This document shows positions 39,356 to 48,274 of a DNA stretch of 64,000 nucleotides, piece by piece. Within the stretch, counting starts at the first letter, position 1. Every line of letters starts with the position of its first letter. The notes under the pieces are model-generated. The model was not told the DNA's origin and ran no database searches. It saw nothing but the letters and a program-made list of their open reading frames with translations. The stretch comes from Candidatus Sungiibacteriota bacterium. Its GTDB lineage: Bacteria > Patescibacteriota > Minisyncoccia > Sungbacterales > HO2-52-23. The translations under genes were made by a program, and so were the position numbers. Location: NCBI GenBank assembly GCA_016432465.1, contig CP066690.1, positions 850,724 through 914,723 on the forward strand. The letters run 5' to 3'.

Positions 39356-40153
39356 ATGCAGATGGCGAGCCCCAAAGAATATCTGCAAGGACAGGTTATT
39401 GAACGTCGTGATCTTACTCCGGATCTAATGATTATGAAATTTGCGCTTGCGTACCCTTTGCAGTTTATACCCGGCCAATACTGCACTTTGGAGATTGATG
39501 GCACGGCGCGACCTTACTCTATTGTATCAGCACCGCATGAGTCGTATCTTGAACTTTTCTTTGAGCTTGTACCGGAAAAATTCCGAACCGAAAAGTCCCT
39601 GACCCCACGCATCTGGAAACTTAAAGTAGGGGATACGATTTCTTTTTGGCCAAAAGCCAAAGGAGCGTTCGTACTTGATGAAAGTTATGATACGCAAGTT
39701 ATGGTAGCGACAGTAACTGGTGTTGCGCCCTATGTCAGTATGATTCGTACCTATCGTCATGGCGGTTACTATCACCGTTACTGGCCGCCGAGAGGATGGG
39801 GTTGGTTTATACTACAGGGCGCAAGTTATCAGGATGAGTTTGGGTATTTGGATGAACTGCGTCAGTATCATGACAAAGGCTGGATCTTTTATGTACCTAC
39901 GGTTAGCCGTCCCCAAGAAGAACGTAATCATGGTTGGCTTGGTCAAACCGGTAGAGTAAATGCTATTATGCCTGAGCTGTTTCGTAACCTTTTCATTGAA
40001 GCTAATCGGAGAACTGTTTGTTACCTTTGTGGTAATGAAGGTATGGTGCAGGTTTTGGGCAACAAAAAATCAAGGGCCGATAAGCCACGTGGCTGGCTTT
40101 TCACCACAGCGGGTTTTAGCGAGAAAGAAGTGAAAGAAGAGATATTTTTCTAG
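39356..40153 (+). CDS. Ferredoxin--NADP(+) reductase family protein
   Basis: FIPGQY, RPYSI, ATVTGVAPY and YLCGN. Confidence 0.88.
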   Translation: MQMASPKEYLQGQVIERRDLTPDLMIMKFALAYPLQFIPGQYCTLEIDGTARPYSIVSAPHESYLELFFELVPEKFRTEKSLTPRIWKLKVGDTISFWPKAKGAFVLDESYDTQVMVATVTGVAPYVSMIRTYRHGGYYHRYWPPRGWGWFILQGASYQDEFGYLDELRQYHDKGWIFYVPTVSRPQEERNHGWLGQTGRVNAIMPELFRNLFIEANRRTVCYLCGNEGMVQVLGNKKSRADKPRGWLFTTAGFSEKEVKEEIFF

Positions 40154-40521
40154 TGAATTGGGTTGCGTTATCTTTTGGTATACTGATTTTTATCTCTTTG
40201 GAGAGTCTGTTTCTCCTGAAAACCAATTTTACTCCGACCTCTTTTACCACGGGTACAATTAGCGCTTTAGTCCTCGGTATTTTTATGTGGTTTGTTTGGG
40301 AACTTGGAGTACAGATTTTAAGTAAACACAGAAAGTGCGCGGAATGCGGAGACATGTTTCGCTCTGGAGAAGAAGTAAGGATCAGATACTTTGCAACAAA
40401 TGCCAGGATTTTATTGATGCTAGGCATGCACAGAACCGATAGGAAATCACCTATCGGTTTTTTAGTTAGGGGACTGTGGATAAGTATGTTTGGTGTTTAT
40501 GATTTTATTATAATAAACTGA
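40153..40521 (+). CDS. Hypothetical small membrane protein (CAEC motif); end uncertain
   Basis: Two hydrophobic helices; start overlaps the upstream stop. Confidence 0.4.
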   Translation: MNWVALSFGILIFISLESLFLLKTNFTPTSFTTGTISALVLGIFMWFVWELGVQILSKHRKCAECGDMFRSGEEVRIRYFATNARILLMLGMHRTDRKSPIGFLVRGLWISMFGVYDFIIIN

Positions 40522-40588
40522 GTATAATATCCCTACTGCTCAGTTTTGTTTTAGAGCAAAGACTGAACAATGGGGATGTCCAAGACTT

Positions 40589-41521
40589 ATGTCACTTCCC
40601 TATCTAGATGACTTTCTTCTATCAATAAAAACCAATAATTACTCTCCAGAAACTCTGTATAATTATGAACGGGATTTAAAAGTATTTGAGCGGTTTCTTA
40701 AGGACGATACACAAACTCCCTTCCAAAAGACGTCCAAGCGAACCGTTGAACTATACAAGGCCTATTTATCTTCTCGTGACCGACGAACAGCACGGGGTGA
40801 GAAAAACGCTATAAAACTCTCAGCCGGCTCTATAAATCGCGCCTTGTCCAGTCTCCGTAGATATCTCAAATATCTGGTTGAGGTTGACCTTAAGGTCCCT
40901 CTTGCGCCCGAAGCTGTAAAATTAGTTAAAACACCTAAAAAGCATCCGCGGGTTGCTGAATTTGAAGCGTTGGTACAGCTGATTGAATCCCCTACCAAAT
41001 TTGAAAAGATAACAGAAATAGCGTTTAGAAATCGAGCCATGCTGGAGACTCTTTTTGCAACAGGTATGCGTATCTCCGAGCTAATTTCATTAAATAGAGA
41101 TCAGATAGATAAAACTGGCAGAATTTTTATTCGCGGCAAGGGCAAAAAAGAGCGATTCGTATATTTGACCGACCGCGCCAAAAAACATATTTGGGGGTAC
41201 TTATCGGTGCGTAACGATAGCCACCCGGCATTATTTATCCCCTATCGCGGCCGCAACGCAGGAAAGTCTGCCACCCGTATATCGTCAAATTATCTGCAGA
41301 TGAAGATAAAACAATATCGTGGGCGCCTGGAAATTAATGTCCCTACTTCCGCGCATTCATTGCGGCACGGCTTTGCCACGTATCTGGCTGAACAAGGGGC
41401 TAATCCTGCCGCTATTCAGATTTTGCTTGGTCATGAGTCTCTCCAGACCACTACTCGTTATGTACACGCTTCTGACAAGTATGCCGAGAATACACACAAG
41501 AGATTTCATCCTTTAAAATAG
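40589..41521 (+). CDS. Tyrosine recombinase, XerC/XerD-like
   Basis: SAM domain; catalytic R (GMRISE), K (GKGKKER), HSLRH, LGH and Y (TTRY). Confidence 0.93.
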   Translation: MSLPYLDDFLLSIKTNNYSPETLYNYERDLKVFERFLKDDTQTPFQKTSKRTVELYKAYLSSRDRRTARGEKNAIKLSAGSINRALSSLRRYLKYLVEVDLKVPLAPEAVKLVKTPKKHPRVAEFEALVQLIESPTKFEKITEIAFRNRAMLETLFATGMRISELISLNRDQIDKTGRIFIRGKGKKERFVYLTDRAKKHIWGYLSVRNDSHPALFIPYRGRNAGKSATRISSNYLQMKIKQYRGRLEINVPTSAHSLRHGFATYLAEQGANPAAIQILLGHESLQTTTRYVHASDKYAENTHKRFHPLK

Positions 41522-41758
41522 TTTTGACGCGCAACCCCTTACCAATTTTGCCAGATTATACAGCATGTACCCGCCATAGGCAGGAAGACAAGAAGTCAAG
41601 CGAAGCGCGTGGCCGAATAGGCCATCCCTCGATGGACGAAGCGCTTCGCCTCCCACGATCTCGCAAAATTGGTGACGGGGTTCTACAAATAGAATCTCGG
41701 CAGCTTGGGAAGTCAGACTTCCCTTGCTGCCGAGAAGTTCAAATTAGAAATTATGAAG

Positions 41759-42151
41759 TTATTCTCCCAATGCCTTTGACACCTGTTCCAGTAAATCCAC
41801 AATCACCTGAAAAAAAACTTTTAATACTTTAGCCGACCAGCCGATAAATTTGGCAAGATCAATACCGGTTTCTTCCTTCACTCCCCTGCTAACTTCTTTA
41901 AGTTGCGGAGAAGATTTTTTTAGCGCTTCTTCCGGTGTCGGAATCTCAATTTGTTCATTGGGAGAAATGGGGATGGTTATATTTTTTTTAAAAAGCTCAA
42001 ACCATTTATTGGGGTCAAGAAGTTCATTTACGGTTGCGGCAAATTCTTTTTTGGTCTCCTCTATTCCGAAACTTGCAAAGGGCGTAAGCGCAAGCAACAT
42101 TGCCAGCGACCAAATATACAAAAGATTATTTTTACTCTTTTTTGGTTTCAT
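41759..42151 (-). CDS. Hypothetical exported protein
   Basis: Signal peptide; ATGA overlap with the M23 gene. Confidence 0.6.
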   Translation of the reverse strand: MKPKKSKNNLLYIWSLAMLLALTPFASFGIEETKKEFAATVNELLDPNKWFELFKKNITIPISPNEQIEIPTPEEALKKSSPQLKEVSRGVKEETGIDLAKFIGWSAKVLKVFFQVIVDLLEQVSKALGE

Positions 42152-43410
42152 AAGTATAAGAGTGGGTTGATAGAACCTCCAAAGGGCAGTAATCCGCAGG
42201 TTCCTTTGGGCCCTAAGCGTATTTCCACTGTCCGGGCGTCGTAGAGCGTAAAGTGAAGGTGCGGGCCTGTGGATAACCCAGTACTGCCCATATATCCTAT
42301 TATATCACCCCTTTTGACTTCCTGGCCAGTCGTTACTTTTATAAGCGACATATGGGCATACATAGTAGCTAAGTTGTTTTTGTGGTCAAGCACTATATAT
42401 TTTCCGTAAGCTCCTCTGCGGCAGTAGCGGTCAGTATCCCCTACTGCGAGCACCATGCCGCTATCGGCGGCAAGTATGGGCGTGCCGACTGACGCGCTTA
42501 TATCAATACCGTTATGGAATTTATAAAAATCGCGTCCGCGTCCTCGTGTGAACGGAGTTTCGCCATATTCCTGCGAAAGAAGTCCTTCGGCCGGCCAGAG
42601 CAGAAATCTCTCGCGCCTCTGCGGCAGGGACTCGGGGTCAACCCGCTTTCTTAATTCGTTTTCCAGTTCTTCCATCTCCCGCAGAATTTCTTCTTCTTTT
42701 CGTTCGGTCTCCCGCAACAGGGCTTGATACCGCGTCTCCTGATTTTTGGTTTCCTTTAGGAGCTGGTCTTTGTCGCGCTTTACACTGTCTTGAATCTTTT
42801 TACGGTCTTGCAGCGAATCCTGCAAATTTTCCAGCTCGTCTTTTTTGTCTTCGGCCTGCGCCTTTTTGATGGTAAGTTCCTTTTGTAGAACGCGCAGATC
42901 ATCCAGCGATCCTAAAATCTTTTTTTCAGTCAACGCCGCATAGTCAAGCTGTCGGAAAAAATCAGAAAGCAGACTGTTTCGTACCAGAATTTCCAGAAGA
43001 GATTGCTGCTCACTTTCCGATATGATTTGTATCAGTCCTCCCAGCCCCTGCTTAAGTTTATTTACGGCTATTTCCTTTTCCCGGATTTCAAGCTTCAGGG
43101 TGTCAATTTCTAAGCCGGCCCTTTGTATTTTTCGTTCGGTTAAAACAATGTCTCCCCTCAGCTTTTTAATGTTATTTTCAATTCGGCTAAGTTCTCCCTT
43201 AAGGGTTGTTTGGGCGCGTTTTTGAGTTACAATTTCATCGCGGTATTTTTTGGCTTCCTCTTCAAGTTTTTTAATTTCCTGATTTTTCTGCTCAATATTC
43301 TTTTGCAGCTCTTCAACGGTTGAGGCTTGTCCCGAATTAAAAAAACCAAATAAGGCGATGGCGCCGATCGCCCCCATAAGCCAAAATTTGCCCCAAAAAC
43401 GAGTACCCAC
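42148..43410 (-). CDS. Coiled-coil M23 peptidase (EnvC/MepM-like)
   Basis: HNGID, YAHM and STGPHLHF; long coiled coil. Confidence 0.92.
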   Translation of the reverse strand: MGTRFWGKFWLMGAIGAIALFGFFNSGQASTVEELQKNIEQKNQEIKKLEEEAKKYRDEIVTQKRAQTTLKGELSRIENNIKKLRGDIVLTERKIQRAGLEIDTLKLEIREKEIAVNKLKQGLGGLIQIISESEQQSLLEILVRNSLLSDFFRQLDYAALTEKKILGSLDDLRVLQKELTIKKAQAEDKKDELENLQDSLQDRKKIQDSVKRDKDQLLKETKNQETRYQALLRETERKEEEILREMEELENELRKRVDPESLPQRRERFLLWPAEGLLSQEYGETPFTRGRGRDFYKFHNGIDISASVGTPILAADSGMVLAVGDTDRYCRRGAYGKYIVLDHKNNLATMYAHMSLIKVTTGQEVKRGDIIGYMGSTGLSTGPHLHFTLYDARTVEIRLGPKGTCGLLPFGGSINPLLYL

Positions 43411-43454
43411 ACCCTTATTCTACCAATACTTGACAGCTTTTAAAGGGGGTGCTA
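43382..43454 (+). repeat. 73-bp direct repeat, copy 1 (M23 gene start plus divergent TTGACA promoter)
   Basis: Identical to 44193-44265. Confidence 0.93.
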
Positions 43455-43490
43455 TGAAGATATAGGTACTCTAAAAAGGAGGATACATAG

Positions 43491-44153
43491 ATGAAGCGTT
43501 GGTCTGTTATTGTTGGCCTCTTGGCAATATTAGGGACTGCTGTTGTTCCTAATGCTCTTGCTGCCGAGACCGGAATTCGTATTCTGCCCACGTACGTTGA
43601 CGAGGTAATAACCTCTGAATGTAATCTACGAGAGCTTGTGCAAAAGTTAGATTTCGTATTAGAGAAACGTAAGGACGGCAATGATACGTGGTATGAATTG
43701 GTAAGTAGAAGGCTGACCAGTAAAAACAGTGAGCCCAGTAATTATTTCAGAATTGAACTCAAAAACTGCATGTTGCAGTCTGCCCAAAAGAAAACGACCT
43801 ATTTTCATGAGCGCGGTCAACAAATAAAGAAAGAGGTAACCTACAAGTTTATCTTGTTTTACGAAAACATGATTTTTGATGTTGATCGTAATGAAGATGG
43901 TTCTATCAATACTCTTCCAGTGATAGAAGTTACGGCATCTATAACACTTTTATGGAGAGTAGACAATCTAGAGGACCAGCTTTTTCACACGTTGGGCCCG
44001 GTTACTTTAGAAGGTGGTGTAGAGATTGCTTCCAAGGGTAGGGGTGAATACGGTTCCTACAGTAGACTTTACCCAAAACGGCCCAGCGATATTTTCTATC
44101 TTGAGATTCTTATAAGTCCGAACGCAATAAACGGCCAGCGTCTTAGAGACTAA
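43491..44153 (+). CDS. Hypothetical secreted protein
   Basis: AGGAGG SD; signal peptide ending ALA. Confidence 0.7.
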   Translation: MKRWSVIVGLLAILGTAVVPNALAAETGIRILPTYVDEVITSECNLRELVQKLDFVLEKRKDGNDTWYELVSRRLTSKNSEPSNYFRIELKNCMLQSAQKKTTYFHERGQQIKKEVTYKFILFYENMIFDVDRNEDGSINTLPVIEVTASITLLWRVDNLEDQLFHTLGPVTLEGGVEIASKGRGEYGSYSRLYPKRPSDIFYLEILISPNAINGQRLRD

Positions 44154-44158
44154 ATTTT

Positions 44159-44188
44159 GTAATTACGAGGTTGAACCTCGTAATTTTT
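44159..44188 (+). terminator. Terminator hairpin, near-duplicate of 44566-44595
   Basis: AATTACGAGGTT-G-AACCTCGTAATTTTTT. Confidence 0.75.
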
Positions 44189-44192
44189 TACA

Positions 44193-44265
44193 CAAAATTT
44201 GCCCCAAAAACGAGTACCCACACCCTTATTCTACCAATACTTGACAGCTTTTAAAGGGGGTGCTA
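44193..44265 (+). repeat. 73-bp direct repeat, copy 2
   Basis: Identical to 43382-43454. Confidence 0.93.
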
Positions 44266-44305
44266 CCAGTAAGAATGACTTATAGACCATCGCTTGGGAG
44301 TAGAA

Positions 44306-44566
44306 ATGCACGAATACGAATATTTATTGAGATGCAGGCATCCTCGCGTTGAAGATATAGATACGGATCCCGACGAGACGTGTTACGAAGTCGTGCCACG
44401 TGAAGAGGAACATCCATTTGTAGTCGGAAATGTAGCTGAATTATGTGCTGATGGGGCAGCACTTTCATGGGTTGAATCCCATATAAAGCAGGAAATTGTT
44501 CGTTTCCGTGGTTGCGAATATAAACCGCAGCCCATTGTTCTTGCGAGAGTACTCAAGAGGTGGTAG
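44306..44566 (+). CDS. Hypothetical protein
   Basis: GGGAG SD; lies between the duplicated promoter and the duplicated terminator. Confidence 0.55.
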   Translation: MHEYEYLLRCRHPRVEDIDTDPDETCYEVVPREEEHPFVVGNVAELCADGAALSWVESHIKQEIVRFRGCEYKPQPIVLARVLKRW

Positions 44567-44578
44567 TAATTACGAGGC

Positions 44579-46018
44579 TCAACCTCGTAATTTTTCTTTT
44601 GCGGCTTTGAGTCTCTTGAGGGCTTCCTCCCCACCCAAAATCTCCATAATATCAAATGGTCCCGGAGAGGCCTTTTTGCCGGTCAGGGCGACACGAAGGG
44701 GCCAAAGCAACCGGCCCTTATCCCCTGCCACGATTTCTTCTATAAACGCTTTTTCAAGCTCTTTTTGATTGAAGTTCGACTTCAATCGTGGAGATTGCAA
44801 TAGTTCAATTGATTTGTCAAGGGAAGCGGCAATTTCCTCGTCTGTCATATCTTTCCATCTCAACAGTCCCCTATCGTACTCTGGCGCTCTGAAAAAATAA
44901 TCCGTCTTCTCCTTTATCTCTGATAATTTTTTTAGGCGCGGCTGTTCAAGGGCAAGTATTTTTTCAAGATAGCTTTTTAGTTTTTTATTTTTATGGAAAA
45001 ACGGTTTGGCGCGCTCGGCCAATTCTTTCAAGGAAAGTTTTCGGATATATTCACCATTCATCCACTCAAGCTTATTGATGTCAAAAATTGCCCCTGATTT
45101 CTGTACTTTTTCCAAAGAAAACTCTTTTATCAAATCTTCCCGGGACAGAACTTCTCGTTCGTCTCCGGGGTTCCACCCCAAAAGCGCCATAAAGTTAAAA
45201 AGCGCCTCTGGCAAATATCCTGCCTTGCGGTACTCTCCCACTGATGAAGCGCCGTGCCTTTTGGATAGTTTGGAACGATCGGGCCCAAGAATTAGGGGCA
45301 GATGAGCGTATTGCGGTAGATCAAATCCGAGCGCCTCAACCATAAGGAGTTGTTTTGGTGTATTGGAAATATGATCTTCGCCGCGGATTACGTGTGATAT
45401 TTTCATCTCAAAATCATCCACCACCACGGCAAAATTATAAAGCGGCACGTCCGGACGTTTGGCAATAGAAAAATCGCCCAAAAGATCGGAGTCAAACGAA
45501 AGCTCTCCGCGAATAAGGTCTTTAAAAACAAGTTTCCTTCCAGCCGGGGTTTTAAAACGGATAATATAATTTGATTTAGTCTCGGTGAGCAGTTTTGTTT
45601 CTTTGGGGTCCATGGCGTGGTACTCGCATAAATGCAGAGAAGGCTTTTTGGCGGCCAGCAGCTTTTCTTTTTCTTCTTCCAGTTCCCTTTCCGAGTGGAA
45701 ACAATAAAACGCCGCTCCCCGGGCCAAGAGCTTCTCTATATAGTTTTTATAGGTATCAATCCGTTCACCCTGCCTATAAGGACCGTAAGGCCCGCCGGTT
45801 TCCGGGCCTTCATCCGCTTTTATTCCCAGCCATTCAAAACTCTCAAAAATATCCTTTTCATATTTTTTGTCGGAGCGTTCCAGATCCGTGTCTTCAATAC
45901 GCAATATATATTTTCCTCCGCTCTTTTTTGCGAATAAATAGTTAAAAAGCGCGGTTCGCGCCCCGCCTAAATGCAGTGGTCCTGTGGGTGAGGGTGCGTA
46001 TCTGGTGCGGATTTCCAT
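44579..46018 (-). CDS. gltX: Glutamate--tRNA ligase
   Basis: RYAPSPTGPLHLGG (HIGH), IRGEDH and KLSKR. Confidence 0.98.
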   Translation of the reverse strand: MEIRTRYAPSPTGPLHLGGARTALFNYLFAKKSGGKYILRIEDTDLERSDKKYEKDIFESFEWLGIKADEGPETGGPYGPYRQGERIDTYKNYIEKLLARGAAFYCFHSERELEEEKEKLLAAKKPSLHLCEYHAMDPKETKLLTETKSNYIIRFKTPAGRKLVFKDLIRGELSFDSDLLGDFSIAKRPDVPLYNFAVVVDDFEMKISHVIRGEDHISNTPKQLLMVEALGFDLPQYAHLPLILGPDRSKLSKRHGASSVGEYRKAGYLPEALFNFMALLGWNPGDEREVLSREDLIKEFSLEKVQKSGAIFDINKLEWMNGEYIRKLSLKELAERAKPFFHKNKKLKSYLEKILALEQPRLKKLSEIKEKTDYFFRAPEYDRGLLRWKDMTDEEIAASLDKSIELLQSPRLKSNFNQKELEKAFIEEIVAGDKGRLLWPLRVALTGKKASPGPFDIMEILGGEEALKRLKAAKEKLRG

Positions 46019-46019
46019 A

Positions 46020-47138
46020 TTAATGAATCCCCAATTTTAAAATCTCCCGCGCAATAAGTTCCGCCGAGTCAATTCTGGAAAATCTTTGCGCCGATGCAGA
46101 CATCTTGCGCATGAGTTCTGGGTTTCCCAGAACCTTTTTAATTTCAGCCAAAAGAACGTGCGGCGTTAAATTAGCCTGCTCAATAACCACACAGGCTCCG
46201 CTGGCGGCATATTCGTAGGCATTTTTGCGCTGATGGTCTTGCGCCGCATTTTCCAGCGGGACCAGAATGGACGGTTTGCCCCAAGCGGCTATTTCAAAAA
46301 TAGATGACGCTCCTGCCCTAGAGACAATAAGGTTTGACACCAGATAAAAGTCGCGCATCTCGGTCTCATTTAGAAAGCCCAGCGGATGATAACGTTCCTT
46401 ATGGCCGGATTCAAGTATTACACTTGTTTCTCCTTTTATGTCCGCAATGTTTTTGGGACCGGTCTGATGCACAATTTCAAACTCATCCGTTAGCTCTTTT
46501 AAAACCCCAAGAGTCGCATCGTTCAGTTTTTGCGCTCCCTGCGAGGCGCCAATAAATCCAACCACCGGAAACTGCGAGAAAATGCTAAAATGCTCCCGGG
46601 CTTCCTCCAACGATCCTCCCAAAATTCGTTTGCGGATTGGTATGCCGACCAGCGCAATTTTTTCTTTGGGGAAAAACGCTGCGGATGAAGCAAAAGCAAT
46701 TCCTATGCGCTTGGCAAATCTTTGCGAAAAAAGATTTACTTTCCCCGGCACGGCGTCCGATTCATGAATTATCAATGGTATTCTAAAAATGGCCGCGGCT
46801 ATAACCGCTGGCAGTGCGCCGTAGCCGCCCTTGGAGAAAATAATATCCGGCATCAGTAAAAACACGTTCCATACGGCCTGCCAGGTCCCCAGTATGGTTT
46901 TAAAAATATCCGTGAAATTAGCCAAAGAAAAATAATGCCGTATTTTGCCGGTGGTGATGTTGATTGATACCACCCCTTCCTCTTTTAAACTGTCGCGGCC
47001 AAAATCATCCGGCCCCATATAATATAGTTCCAGATCCAGTATCCGTTCCTCTTCGGCTATTATTTTAAGTTCCCTGATAACGGCAAGGATGGGGAAAAAA
47101 TGTCCTCCGGTGCCGCCGCCTGTGAATAGTATGCGCAT
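46020..47138 (-). CDS. murG: Undecaprenyl-PP-MurNAc-pentapeptide GlcNAc transferase
   Basis: GGGTGGH, KGGY, HESD, GASQGA, SRAG and HQRKNA. Confidence 0.96.
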   Translation of the reverse strand: MRILFTGGGTGGHFFPILAVIRELKIIAEEERILDLELYYMGPDDFGRDSLKEEGVVSINITTGKIRHYFSLANFTDIFKTILGTWQAVWNVFLLMPDIIFSKGGYGALPAVIAAAIFRIPLIIHESDAVPGKVNLFSQRFAKRIGIAFASSAAFFPKEKIALVGIPIRKRILGGSLEEAREHFSIFSQFPVVGFIGASQGAQKLNDATLGVLKELTDEFEIVHQTGPKNIADIKGETSVILESGHKERYHPLGFLNETEMRDFYLVSNLIVSRAGASSIFEIAAWGKPSILVPLENAAQDHQRKNAYEYAASGACVVIEQANLTPHVLLAEIKKVLGNPELMRKMSASAQRFSRIDSAELIAREILKLGIH

Positions 47139-47185
47139 CTCGTTAGAAGTGTATATTTAGTGAATAAAATAAGTGGCGTTAAGAC

Positions 47186-48274
47186 TTATGTGTATTTTGA
47201 AATGTTAAGTAATATGCCGACGCTCGCTAAAGTGATTGCCAGCGACGTGCCCCCGTAGCTTAGAAAAGGCAACGGAATACCAGTAAGGGGCAGGAGTCCT
47301 GATATAGCAGCCATGTTTATAAATGCTTGCACCATTATGCCGATGGAAAGTCCCGCCGCCAGAAGTTTGCCAAAAATATCGGGGGCACGTTTGGCAATCA
47401 AAAGCCCGCGCCAGAGAAATAAAGTAAGTAAAGCAATCAATAGCACCGAACCTAAAAAACCCATTTCTTCCGCAAAAATTGCAAAGACCGAATCGCCGAT
47501 GGGTTCCGGAAGGTAATTATATTTTTGCAGCCCCTTTCCAAATCCCAAGCCCCAAAAACCCCCGGAACCTATAGCAATCAAGGCCTGATTTATTTGGTAG
47601 CCGATTCCTTTAGGATCTAGCCCCGGATTTAAAAATACCAAAATTCGCGCCATTCGATAAGGCGTGAGTTGCACAAGCAGGTAAAACAGTATCAATCCAA
47701 ACACGGAGAGGCTGGCGATCTGTGCGGATCTTCCTCCCCCGAGAAAGTATAAGATAAAAGCAGTGGCAACAATGACGCCCAGCGTGCCAATGTCAGGTTG
47801 CATCACCAAAAAAACTCCGACAATCGCTAACATCAAAGCAAAAGGTATGAGGCCGTAAGATACGCTTTTAAGCTCATCACGACGCGCATCTAACCAGCTG
47901 GCTAGATAAACAATAAAAGCCAATTTCAAAATTTCCGAGGGCTGGAAACTTAGAAATCCTACCATGAGCCATCTCCGTGCTCCTCCGGAGGAATAGGACA
48001 GCTCCGGCATAAAAAGAAGCGCAAGAAGCAGGAAAGAGACAGTCATTAAAGGCAGAGCCAGTTTTTTCCATGTCCGGTAAGGCAGATGGGAGAAAACCAA
48101 GAGGGCAAGAGTCCCTACCCCCGCGCCATATAAGAGCTGACGCAGGGTATAATAACTGGCGGTTCCGAAATTTTTCTGCGAGATTACCATGGAAGCCGAA
48201 GCCAGCACTAAAAGACCGCCTGTCAAAAGAGCAATTGTTGTATAAAATAATGGTTTATCGGCGCTTCCCGTCAT
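47186..48274 (-). CDS. ftsW: SEDS peptidoglycan polymerase FtsW
   Basis: GARRW, FQPSE, QPDIG and LPLTGIPLPFLSYGG. Confidence 0.93.
   Translation of the reverse strand: MTGSADKPLFYTTIALLTGGLLVLASASMVISQKNFGTASYYTLRQLLYGAGVGTLALLVFSHLPYRTWKKLALPLMTVSFLLLALLFMPELSYSSGGARRWLMVGFLSFQPSEILKLAFIVYLASWLDARRDELKSVSYGLIPFALMLAIVGVFLVMQPDIGTLGVIVATAFILYFLGGGRSAQIASLSVFGLILFYLLVQLTPYRMARILVFLNPGLDPKGIGYQINQALIAIGSGGFWGLGFGKGLQKYNYLPEPIGDSVFAIFAEEMGFLGSVLLIALLTLFLWRGLLIAKRAPDIFGKLLAAGLSIGIMVQAFINMAAISGLLPLTGIPLPFLSYGGTSLAITLASVGILLNISKYT

Noticed and set aside
40548-40557. GTTTTAGAGC resembling a type II CRISPR repeat start
   Set aside because: Single occurrence inside a hairpin; no repeat-spacer periodicity and no cas genes
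40589-41521. Recombinase as an integron integrase or prophage integrase
   Set aside because: No IntI-specific insertion before the HxxR motif, no arm-binding domain and no phage genes; looks like housekeeping Xer
22908-42275. DnaA-box matches TTATCCACA (about 22908, 27574, and reverse at about 40475, 42268) as oriC
   Set aside because: Isolated single boxes with no cluster or dnaA gene; gene orientation converges rather than diverges
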